Shown here: positions 19,419 to 26,827 of the stretch, one piece after another
How positions within the stretch are numbered: position 1 is the first letter of the stretch
How the letters are laid out: each line of letters starts with the position of its first letter
Source of the DNA: Aliivibrio fischeri ES114
Lineage (GTDB): Bacteria > Pseudomonadota > Gammaproteobacteria > Enterobacterales > Vibrionaceae
DNA length: 32,000 bases
Reading direction: 5' to 3' (one strand)
NCBI RefSeq assembly: GCF_000011805.1
Contig: NC_006841.2
Made by a program: the position numbers and the translations under genes
Notes under the pieces: generated by a model
The model's input: the letters and a program-made list of their open reading frames with translations, nothing else
Databases searched by the model: none
What the model was told of the DNA's origin: nothing

Positions 19419-19730
19419 ATGGATATCGAAATTATTGCTAAAGCATTGAAAGAATTAGGACATCCGACCCGTTTGGCTATTTATAAAGGGGTTGTACGTG
19501 CGGGTTATCAAGGTATTGCTGTGGGTGGATTGCAAGAAAAATTGAATATTCCAGGTTCTACATTGTCACATCATGTATCAGGATTAGTTTCTGCTGGATT
19601 AATTACACAGCGTCGAGAAGGCCGTACTTTATTTTGTGTTGCTGAGTATGAAAAGCTCACTTCGGTAATTGATTTTTTGCAAGATGAATGCTGTTTTGAT
19701 GAATCCAGTGAGACTAATGCGGATAAGTAA
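19419..19730 (+). CDS. ArsR/SmtB-family metalloregulatory transcriptional repressor
   Basis: 103 aa with a winged-helix core (LGHPTRLAIYKGV ... GSTLSHHVSGLVSAGLITQRREGR). It lacks the ELCVCDL site but has a C-terminal cysteine pair (DECCFDE) plus Cys73. Confidence 0.85.
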   Translation: MDIEIIAKALKELGHPTRLAIYKGVVRAGYQGIAVGGLQEKLNIPGSTLSHHVSGLVSAGLITQRREGRTLFCVAEYEKLTSVIDFLQDECCFDESSETNADK

Positions 19731-19753
19731 GTTAATAAAAAAGGAATAATTAA

Positions 19754-20227
19754 ATGAATGTTTATACTCAGTTTGAAAGTCCAATTGGCCAAATAACGGT
19801 TAACGCTAATGATGAGGGCTTACTTGGTGTTTGGTATGAAAGTCATAAAATGGAATTAAGTGAATTCGGTACTCGAGCCGATGACCACCCAATTTTAAAA
19901 TTAACGGTAACCCAATTAAAAGAGTATTTTCGAGGTGATCGTCGTGATTTTTCTATTCCGTTAGCGGCTAAAGGAACTGAGTTTCAAAATAAAGTATGGA
20001 AGGCATTAACGACCATTCCGTATGGTAAAACATGGTGCTACAAAGATCTTGCTATTGCAGTAGGTAACCCAAAAGCATCTCAAGCTGTGGGTGGAGCGAA
20101 TGGCAAAAACCCTATCTCTATTATTGTTCCTTGCCACCGAGTGATTGGCAAAAATGGTAGCCTCACTGGATATGCTGGTGGCGTTGATATTAAAGAAAAA
20201 TTATTGGCACTAGAATCAAACAAATAG
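19754..20227 (+). CDS. ogt: Methylated-DNA--protein-cysteine methyltransferase (O6-alkylguanine-DNA alkyltransferase)
   Basis: 157 aa with the active-site motif IIVPCHRVIG and the upstream helix-turn-helix region (YKDLAIAVGNPKASQAVGGANGKNP). Confidence 0.9.
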   Translation: MNVYTQFESPIGQITVNANDEGLLGVWYESHKMELSEFGTRADDHPILKLTVTQLKEYFRGDRRDFSIPLAAKGTEFQNKVWKALTTIPYGKTWCYKDLAIAVGNPKASQAVGGANGKNPISIIVPCHRVIGKNGSLTGYAGGVDIKEKLLALESNK

Positions 20228-20244
20228 GTACATTGACTTATGTT

Positions 20245-21585
20245 CTATAAAGGAAAGGTAAGCAAAAAAGTGGTTTTCTTTCCTTCTGATTGAACGGAAA
20301 TATCGCCGTTATGTAGATTCACAATTGAACGCACAATAGTTAAGCCTAAGCCTGCACCTGTGCTACTTGAATGTTGTCTGGATTTGTCTGCTCGATAAAA
20401 GCGTTCAAAAATAAAAGGTAAATCTTTATCAGGAATCTTATCTCCTATATTCGAGATAGATAACACGATGTTACTGTGGTTTTCCTCAATCTTAATTTGA
20501 ATATTGCTATCAGGTGCAGAGTGACGTATAGCGTTAGAGAGTAGATTATTTGCTACGCGTTGTATCATGGATTTATCACCCCAAAGAGATCCGTTCCCTG
20601 ATAGATGAATTGTTACTCCTGTTTCTTCAGACACAATGCTGTAGTACTCAATAATAGGGGCGAAGAGTTGCTCTAAATCTAATTGCATATTGTCTTTTAG
20701 TAATAAGTCATTTTCAGATTTAGCAAGATACAAGGTATCGTTAATTGTTTTGTTAATGCGTTCTAATTCTTCTAAGTTTGAAGATAAGATCTCTTGATAT
20801 TCATGAGGTGTTCTTGGTTGCGATAAGGTGACATGAGTCTGAGTCATAATATTTGAGAGTGGCGTTTTTAATTCATGAGCGATATCAGATGAAAAATCAC
20901 TGAGTCGTTCAAACCCAAGTTCTAATCGATCAAGCATCTGGTTTTGTATTTTTGCAAGTTCAACCAACTCGTTGGGTAAGTGTTCATCAGACAATCGAAT
21001 ACTTAGCTTATTTGGCTGAACTTGTTTGATGCGATCTTGTAAATATTGCAGAGGTTTAAACCCCATATTTACGATGATAAAGCTGCAAATGAAAGAGAGT
21101 AGGCTCGCGATACTAATTGACCATATTAAAATGCCTTTTAGTCTTTTATTGAACTCGATGTGATGATCAATATTAATACCAATAAGCAGTCCGGTATAAT
21201 TATTCTCGTTTTCTAGTGGGTAGTAGAGTGTTCTAAATGTACTTCCTGCATAAGTCCATTCGTTGATTTTTTTTGATTGTTTAAAGGCGCTGTCATTTGG
21301 AATTACATTGGTATTTTGTGTCAATGTGCCATTATCATTGGCAATCCAAATGTTAATACCGCGACTTTTTAAGGAAGCAAAAATTTCACTGCTAGTTATG
21401 CCTTCATTTTCTAATAAGACGAAAATGGAAGTCCGATTGGCGTTAATTAAACGGAGATCTTCTTCATAAAAATGGGATTGGACTAGGTATTGAATGGCAA
21501 AACCTAAGCCAATAAAGACAAATACAGAGGTAGAGAAAAACATTAATGTCAGTTTTAGTTTCATTGATAAGTAATGTTTTTTCAT
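20245..21585 (-). CDS. Sensor histidine kinase of the heavy-metal (CusS/CopS-type) subfamily
   Basis: 446 aa: two TM helices flanking a roughly 120-aa periplasmic domain, HAMP, H-box FSSDIAHELKTPL, and N/G boxes (LLSNAIRHS, GAGLGLTIV). It starts 4 nt after its response-regulator gene. Confidence 0.85.
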   Translation of the reverse strand: MKKHYLSMKLKLTLMFFSTSVFVFIGLGFAIQYLVQSHFYEEDLRLINANRTSIFVLLENEGITSSEIFASLKSRGINIWIANDNGTLTQNTNVIPNDSAFKQSKKINEWTYAGSTFRTLYYPLENENNYTGLLIGINIDHHIEFNKRLKGILIWSISIASLLSFICSFIIVNMGFKPLQYLQDRIKQVQPNKLSIRLSDEHLPNELVELAKIQNQMLDRLELGFERLSDFSSDIAHELKTPLSNIMTQTHVTLSQPRTPHEYQEILSSNLEELERINKTINDTLYLAKSENDLLLKDNMQLDLEQLFAPIIEYYSIVSEETGVTIHLSGNGSLWGDKSMIQRVANNLLSNAIRHSAPDSNIQIKIEENHSNIVLSISNIGDKIPDKDLPFIFERFYRADKSRQHSSSTGAGLGLTIVRSIVNLHNGDISVQSEGKKTTFLLTFPL

Positions 21586-21589
21586 ATAA

Positions 21590-22270
21590 CTAGCACTCGT
21601 CCATTTTATAACCCATACCGCGAACAGTATGAATTAGTGGGGTGTCGTAGGGTTTATCTATTTTAGAACGAAGTCGTTTTACCGCGACATCAATGACATT
21701 GGTATCACTATCAAAGTTCATGTCCCAAATCAGGGAGGCGATTGTTGTTCTTGATAATACTTCCCCTTGTTTACGCATAAATAACTCAAGTAATGAAAAC
21801 TCTTTTGCAGTAAGGGTAATATTATCTTGGTTTCTTGTGGCGGTTCGTTTTAACAGATCCAATTTTAAATCATGCAAAACTAACTCATTTGATGATGGTT
21901 GCGAAATCACTGATTTTGCTCTGAGGGCATTTTCAACACGAGCTTTTAGTTCAGCAAAAGCAAAGGGTTTAATTAGGTAATCATTTGCACCTAATTCAAA
22001 CCCTTTCACTCTATCATCAATTTGATCTTTGGCGGTGAGCATAATGATTGGCGTATCATTTTCACAATTCCGTAGTGTTTGTAGAATTTGCCAACCATTT
22101 AGCTTAGGTAACATGACATCTAAGATGATTAAGTCGTATTGATTGGTGGTTGCGTTATATAAACCATCAGCACCATCTTGTGATAGATCAACAGTATAAC
22201 CTGACTCTGTTAATCCCTTTTTTAGGTACTCTCCTGTTTTTGTTTCATCTTCGATAATAAGTAGTTTCAT
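21590..22270 (-). CDS. OmpR-family response regulator of the CusR/CopR (heavy-metal) subfamily
   Basis: Receiver domain (MKLLIIEDE, DLIILDVMLP, KPF) plus a winged-helix output domain (LTAKEFSLLELFMR ... VHTVRGMGY). Start chosen at ATG 22270 (purine-rich AGAAAGAAG upstream) rather than the ORF-track 22303. Confidence 0.85.
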   Translation of the reverse strand: MKLLIIEDETKTGEYLKKGLTESGYTVDLSQDGADGLYNATTNQYDLIILDVMLPKLNGWQILQTLRNCENDTPIIMLTAKDQIDDRVKGFELGANDYLIKPFAFAELKARVENALRAKSVISQPSSNELVLHDLKLDLLKRTATRNQDNITLTAKEFSLLELFMRKQGEVLSRTTIASLIWDMNFDSDTNVIDVAVKRLRSKIDKPYDTPLIHTVRGMGYKMDEC

Positions 22271-22373
22271 ATCATTACTTCTTTCTGCATGGAGAATAAT
22301 CAATGGTTATCAATACAATATAGACGTATCGTTCTTAGATGACACGTTGATTTAAAGAAAATAACATAAAAAA

Positions 22374-22754
22374 TTAGTCATTTGAGTTGCGTTCTAAATA
22401 ATGATATTTCGCATGAATTAATCCAGTGTATTGTATTTGTCCTTGCATGTTCATTGTTTCTTGAACGGTAATATAACTATCGTCATCTAAGCCAATACTT
22501 TGCGTTGTTGTTGATTCAAATGATGCGACTTTTAGTGCTTTTTTCAGTTCTTTCGGTGTACTTTCATCTAATTGATTTAATTTAGTTAACGCTTGATTAT
22601 AAGCCGCTTGTTTTGTTGATACGCTATCAGTGTGAATTACCGCACTGTTACTTTTACTAATGTAGTTACCGCTTGTGATTACTGGGTTTGCCATTGCGCT
22701 TGAGCTTGCAACAATAATTAGAGTAGTTAAAGCAAGTGATTTGAATGATTTCAT
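22374..22754 (-). CDS. Small secreted/periplasmic protein of unknown function (resembles Vibrio DUF3316 proteins from memory)
   Basis: Start at ATG 22754, preceded by a strong RBS AAGGAG at 6-nt spacing. Signal peptide MKSFKSLALTTLIIVASSSAMA; mature part about 100 aa. A CusR-box-like palindrome lies about 80 bp upstream. Confidence 0.65.
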   Translation of the reverse strand: MKSFKSLALTTLIIVASSSAMANPVITSGNYISKSNSAVIHTDSVSTKQAAYNQALTKLNQLDESTPKELKKALKVASFESTTTQSIGLDDDSYITVQETMNMQGQIQYTGLIHAKYHYLERNSND

Positions 22755-22833
22755 AATAGACTCCTTAATGAGCTTTTCTTGTTTAAGTAGGTTCATCATA
22801 ATCAAGTGATGGTAACAACAAAGGGTCTATTGA

Positions 22834-22849
22834 ATGACATTTTTGTCAT
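22834..22849. promoter_or_regulatory. CusR/CopR-type copper-box-like palindrome ATGACA-N4-TGTCAT
   Basis: gaATGACAttttTGTCATct has perfect half-sites and spacing relative to the E. coli CusR box as I remember it (AAAATGACAANNTTGTCATTTT). It lies in the divergent region between the small secreted protein gene and the cpxR-like gene. Confidence 0.6.
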
Positions 22850-22948
22850 CTTTATTTTTGTGTTGTGTCGCTTAATTCAATTCACTATTGCACTCTTAAT
22901 TACTGACGAATAGAATGCGAACGATTTTCATTTTAATGGTAAGTAAAC

Positions 22949-23614
22949 GTGTCCCGTATTTTAGTTGTTGATGACGACATTGAGCTATGCAATTTGTTGC
23001 AAGAAGTATTACAAGATGAAGGCTATGATGTCGATTGCGTACATTGTGGCGAAAGTGCTCTGGAATTTATTCAAACGCACTCCATAGATCTCGTTTTGCT
23101 TGATGTAATGCTACCAAAGCTAGATGGTTACCAAGTGGCTCGACGTATATGTCAGCGTTTTGCTACTCCTATCCTTATGCTTACGGCTTTAGGCGATGAA
23201 GCGTCTATGCTTGATGGATTGCAAGCGGGGGCGGATCATTTCATTGCGAAACCTTTTAATGTGCCAGAACTACTTGCAAGGATCACTGCGATTTTACGTC
23301 GTGTAGGGCTTGAACGTCAGCGTCAAAGCTATGTAGGTGCAACGGAAGATTTAGCAGAACAATTTTTACGTCTACCTTTAACTGAAACGGAATCAGAATT
23401 ACTGCAATACTTAATTAAAAATACGGACGTTGTTGTATCTAAAGCTGATTTACAAACCAATATTTTGAAAAAAGAGTTATGTCCATTTGACCGTAATTTG
23501 GATATGCATATTAGTAATATCCGCCGTAAATTATTGCAATCAGGCTTATCAAAGCAGCATATTAAAACGGTTCGTGGGCGTGGTTATAGTTTTATTAAAG
23601 TGGTTAATGGATAG
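22949..23614 (+). CDS. OmpR-family response regulator, CpxR-like
   Basis: 221 aa with a GTG start. Receiver domain (ILVVDDD, LVLLDVMLP, AKPF). The output domain has the CpxR-like block LCPFDRNLDMHISNIRRKL (E. coli CpxR: LTPFDRAIDMHISNLRRKL) and VRGRGY. Confidence 0.8.
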   Translation: MSRILVVDDDIELCNLLQEVLQDEGYDVDCVHCGESALEFIQTHSIDLVLLDVMLPKLDGYQVARRICQRFATPILMLTALGDEASMLDGLQAGADHFIAKPFNVPELLARITAILRRVGLERQRQSYVGATEDLAEQFLRLPLTETESELLQYLIKNTDVVVSKADLQTNILKKELCPFDRNLDMHISNIRRKLLQSGLSKQHIKTVRGRGYSFIKVVNG

Positions 23615-23619
23615 GGGGA

Positions 23620-25008
23620 ATGACGTTGCTTCGATGGTTTGAGTCGTGTCCCTCTTTTATTTGCAAATATAAAAATGGCCTAGCATTTCGTTTATTTAGT
23701 GCTTTTGCTGTGAGTCTATTTTTAATTATCTCTTTGCAAAGCTTGGCCGAAATTGCGTTGATGAAATCTATGCTCCGTATTCCTAGCTCTATTCAGACTA
23801 AGATGCTGGATTTGGCCGAGCAGGCAAATATCTTGATCGAAGAAGGGGATATGGATGAGTTAGCGGATTGGGCGAGTGCACAAGAGTACTATTTATTTGT
23901 TTTGGACCAAAATAACCGCCCAATTACACATCGCGATATGCATCCTCATTTTGAGTTTAAACTGAAATTTTTACGCCCTTTAAATACGCAATTGGATAAT
24001 GAAGTTAATCAACCCATTATTGGTATTCCGTTAGAAAACGGATTAACTATTGTGATTCAAATGCCGTATCAATATCACCCAGCTAATAATTTTCCTCTTT
24101 ATTTTGGGATTATTAAGTTAGTTATTTCTGTATTGATATTAGGGTTATTCTCTTGGGTTATTGCACGATATTTACAGCGACCTTTAGATAAGTTGAGAGA
24201 GGTTAGTCATAAGCTTGCTCAAGGTGATTTTGACGTAAAGGTGAGTGACGAAATTGGAAATTCGGTTCGAGAGTTCAGTGAATTAGCTCATGATTTTGAT
24301 AACATGACGCATGAAATTCACTCGCTAGCAGAAAAGCAACAGCGACTTATTCGTGATGTTTCGCATGAGTTAAGAACTCCATTAGCTCGGCATAATCTTG
24401 CGCTTCATTTATTAAAAAAGAAGGTTGCTCCTGATTATATTCACTTAGTTAACCGTTTGGAAAATGAATCTAATGAGATGAATGATTTAGTTGGAGAAAT
24501 CTTAGAATTTAGTCGATTAGAGAATTCTCGCTATAACACTAAACTAGAGCCTGTATTACTTGAAAGCTGTATCTCCGCACAAGTGATTCAAAGCCGCATG
24601 GATTTAGGACCGACACAATGTTTGGATTTTATCTGCTCTAAAGAAGCTCCAGTTGTTCATGCTGAACCTCGCTTAGTAACTCGAGTGGTTAAAAACTTAA
24701 TCACCAATGCGATTAAGTACGCTGGCGATAATGCATATATTCAAGTGGTTATCACAGAATATCGAAGCCGTGAGAAAAACCATGTGGCAATTATTGTTGA
24801 AGATAATGGCCCAGGCATACCAGAAGATCAGCTCTTAAATATATTCTCCCCCTTTACACGCTTAGAGTCGGCAAGAGATAAGCAATCAGGTGGTTATGGA
24901 CTCGGTTTGGCTATTGTAAAAGAGTCTATGTTTGTTATGAAAGGAAGTGTTGTTGCTGATAATCGTAAAGAAGGTGGATTAAGAGTGATGTTGTTGTTTC
25001 CAGTTTAA
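23620..25008 (+). CDS. Sensor histidine kinase, CpxA-like (periplasmic domain, HAMP, HisKA, HATPase)
   Basis: 462 aa; RBS GGGGGA. Two TM helices around a roughly 115-aa periplasmic domain, HAMP (RPLDKLREVSHKLAQGDFDVKV), H-box DVSHELRTPLAR, and N/G boxes (ITNAIKYA, DNGPGIP, GGYGLGLAIV). Confidence 0.85.
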   Translation: MTLLRWFESCPSFICKYKNGLAFRLFSAFAVSLFLIISLQSLAEIALMKSMLRIPSSIQTKMLDLAEQANILIEEGDMDELADWASAQEYYLFVLDQNNRPITHRDMHPHFEFKLKFLRPLNTQLDNEVNQPIIGIPLENGLTIVIQMPYQYHPANNFPLYFGIIKLVISVLILGLFSWVIARYLQRPLDKLREVSHKLAQGDFDVKVSDEIGNSVREFSELAHDFDNMTHEIHSLAEKQQRLIRDVSHELRTPLARHNLALHLLKKKVAPDYIHLVNRLENESNEMNDLVGEILEFSRLENSRYNTKLEPVLLESCISAQVIQSRMDLGPTQCLDFICSKEAPVVHAEPRLVTRVVKNLITNAIKYAGDNAYIQVVITEYRSREKNHVAIIVEDNGPGIPEDQLLNIFSPFTRLESARDKQSGGYGLGLAIVKESMFVMKGSVVADNRKEGGLRVMLLFPV

Positions 25009-25034
25009 AATACAATAACTTTAGTGTTAATAAT

Positions 25035-25075
25035 AAAGGCTAATTCTATAAAATTTAGGATTAGCCTTTTTTGTT
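25035..25075 (+). terminator. Rho-independent terminator after the CpxA-like kinase gene
   Basis: AAAGGCTAAT ... ATTAGCCTTT 10-bp stem followed by TTTTTG. Confidence 0.75.
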
Positions 25076-25222
25076 ATATATATTCATAAAACATATTAAA
25101 TAAATATATTTCACGGATATCGAATATTATTTTGTTATTGATTTCATAAGAGGGTTTTCATGATGATTATGCTAGTTGTTGCATTTAAAACTTAATGTAT
25201 ACTGCGCCGAATTATTTGGCTA

Positions 25223-26275
25223 GTGTATATTTTAGGTAAAATTTTGTTTAATAAATTATTAATTATCTTATGCGGTGTTATTTTTTGTAATATGGCCGTG
25301 GCGTCTTCTAATATAAAGACATCATCAGAAATTTCATTATCAACTTCTTCTATTTATGACTTTTTGGAACGTGATGAATCTTGGTTTGCGATTAAAGATA
25401 TTGCAGAGAAGAAAAACATTAACTCTGTAACTATCTACTTTCAAGGAAAGATTGATAATAACGTAACTCAAAGTCAAGTTGATGATATCAATGCGTTATT
25501 AACAACAAAGATGCAAGAATCAGGCTTATTGGTTCGTGATTGTCTTGAGTGTAATAAGACTCGACTTCATTTAACTAAAACCTCTATTAAATATCAACGT
25601 GGACTTGAAAGTAATAAAGAGTTGCGTTTACTGGGTCAAGAAATTCAATCTGACGCATTTTTAATGTGGCGAATGGGTTTAAGTGATTCCTCTCAAAATA
25701 TTACTCTTTCTTTAGTTCAGGCCGAAAATAATGAAACGATTTGGGCTGATGGTTATTTAATGACTAAAAAAGAAGAAGAAATTAAGAAGGAATTGAACCC
25801 ACACCAGTTTGGCTTCGCTATGAGCTATATTGATTTAAGTGGTGATGCCAAAGTTAATGGAGAAAGTCATGGTACTTTTAGTAACGTGACTGATTTTAGT
25901 CTTCGTTATTACACTCGTCATTTACCTAGTGAACGTTTGCATTTTGCTGTTATTGCAAATTACTTCCAAAATACGGATAGAAATAACTTATTTAATGTTG
26001 AAGGTGGTGGTATTGAAGGGCGTGTTTTATACACTTTAACTCCTTCTTGGCCGTCTCCGAGTTTATATATTGGTGCTGGTTCTCAATTCGTTGAAGGAAA
26101 GAACAGTTTCGCGATGCGTTCAGGTGTTGAATTTGCCTATATGAAGAATGGTTTTTTTGATATCGGTGTCGCTTATATTGAAAAGAACTCTTTCAAGAGT
26201 AAGCACCAAGGTGATGTTGTGACTGGCAAGTTTGGCGGTGCGGCTGTTGATTTTACTATTGGTTTTCGTTTCTAA
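25223..26275 (+). CDS. Secreted protein: N-terminal alpha/beta domain of the FlgO/LpoB/CsgG-like pattern plus a C-terminal outer-membrane beta-barrel-like region
   Basis: ORF from GTG 25223. A TTG at 25244 with AGGT 6 nt upstream would give a cleaner signal peptide (MFNKLLIILCGVIFCNMAVA/SS). The C-terminal third shows alternating hydrophobic beta-strand periodicity and ends in GFRF, with the terminal Phe typical of OMPs. Confidence 0.5.
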   Translation: MYILGKILFNKLLIILCGVIFCNMAVASSNIKTSSEISLSTSSIYDFLERDESWFAIKDIAEKKNINSVTIYFQGKIDNNVTQSQVDDINALLTTKMQESGLLVRDCLECNKTRLHLTKTSIKYQRGLESNKELRLLGQEIQSDAFLMWRMGLSDSSQNITLSLVQAENNETIWADGYLMTKKEEEIKKELNPHQFGFAMSYIDLSGDAKVNGESHGTFSNVTDFSLRYYTRHLPSERLHFAVIANYFQNTDRNNLFNVEGGGIEGRVLYTLTPSWPSPSLYIGAGSQFVEGKNSFAMRSGVEFAYMKNGFFDIGVAYIEKNSFKSKHQGDVVTGKFGGAAVDFTIGFRF

Positions 26276-26284
26276 GGGGCTGTT

Positions 26285-26827
26285 ATGAAAAAGCGTATTT
26301 TATTTGTTTCAGCCATTGCTATTCAATGCATGATGACTTCAATGGCATTGGCTAATGATATTACATCTCAGCAAACAGCAGAGAATATTCCTTTTGAAAA
26401 GAATCAATTATCTGTTCGATTGAATGGGGAACAATATCGTTCGGCGTTTCAAATTGACTTGTCTGATCCAAATTTGATTTTGACTATTGATACTGATCTT
26501 ATTCCTGAGGAAGACATTGATGCTTTGTTACCTGAATTAAATGATTCAGAAGAAGCTCAAGTTTCAGCATTTAATGAGCCTAAATCATTAGCTTTACGTA
26601 TAGAAGCAAAAGAAAAAGCGGCTAATGGTGATTTTGTAGGGGCCCTTGCCTTATTAAATGAAGCTGAAGCACTAACAGAAAACCCTGCAAAAGTACTGTC
26701 AATGAAAGGTAGTGTTCACTATAAGCTGAACCAAGTTGAATTGGCGATAGTGTCATGGAAAAAAGCATTAGAACTTGATCCATCACTTACAGAAGTCTCT
26801 GACATTATTCAATGGTTGGAAAAATAA
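26285..26827 (+). CDS. Periplasmic TPR-repeat protein
   Basis: 180 aa; RBS AAGGGG. Signal peptide ending ALA/ND. The C-terminal half reads as two TPR motifs (GDFVGALALLNEAEAL ... GSVHYKLNQVELAIVSWKKALELDPS). It starts 9 nt after the previous gene. Confidence 0.65.
   Translation: MKKRILFVSAIAIQCMMTSMALANDITSQQTAENIPFEKNQLSVRLNGEQYRSAFQIDLSDPNLILTIDTDLIPEEDIDALLPELNDSEEAQVSAFNEPKSLALRIEAKEKAANGDFVGALALLNEAEALTENPAKVLSMKGSVHYKLNQVELAIVSWKKALELDPSLTEVSDIIQWLEK

Noticed and set aside
20228-20244. Missing terminators between convergent ogt and the CusS-like kinase gene (17-bp gap)
   Set aside because: Noted as unusual, but there is no sequence room for a structured element. It is probably just tight convergent packing, and nothing can be concluded without transcript data.
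25233-25255. CpxR-binding site (GTAAA-N5-GTAAA) near the start of the five-gene operon (GGTAAAATTTTGTTTA)
   Set aside because: The second half-site has two mismatches, and the element overlaps the probable start codon rather than the promoter. This is too weak to call.
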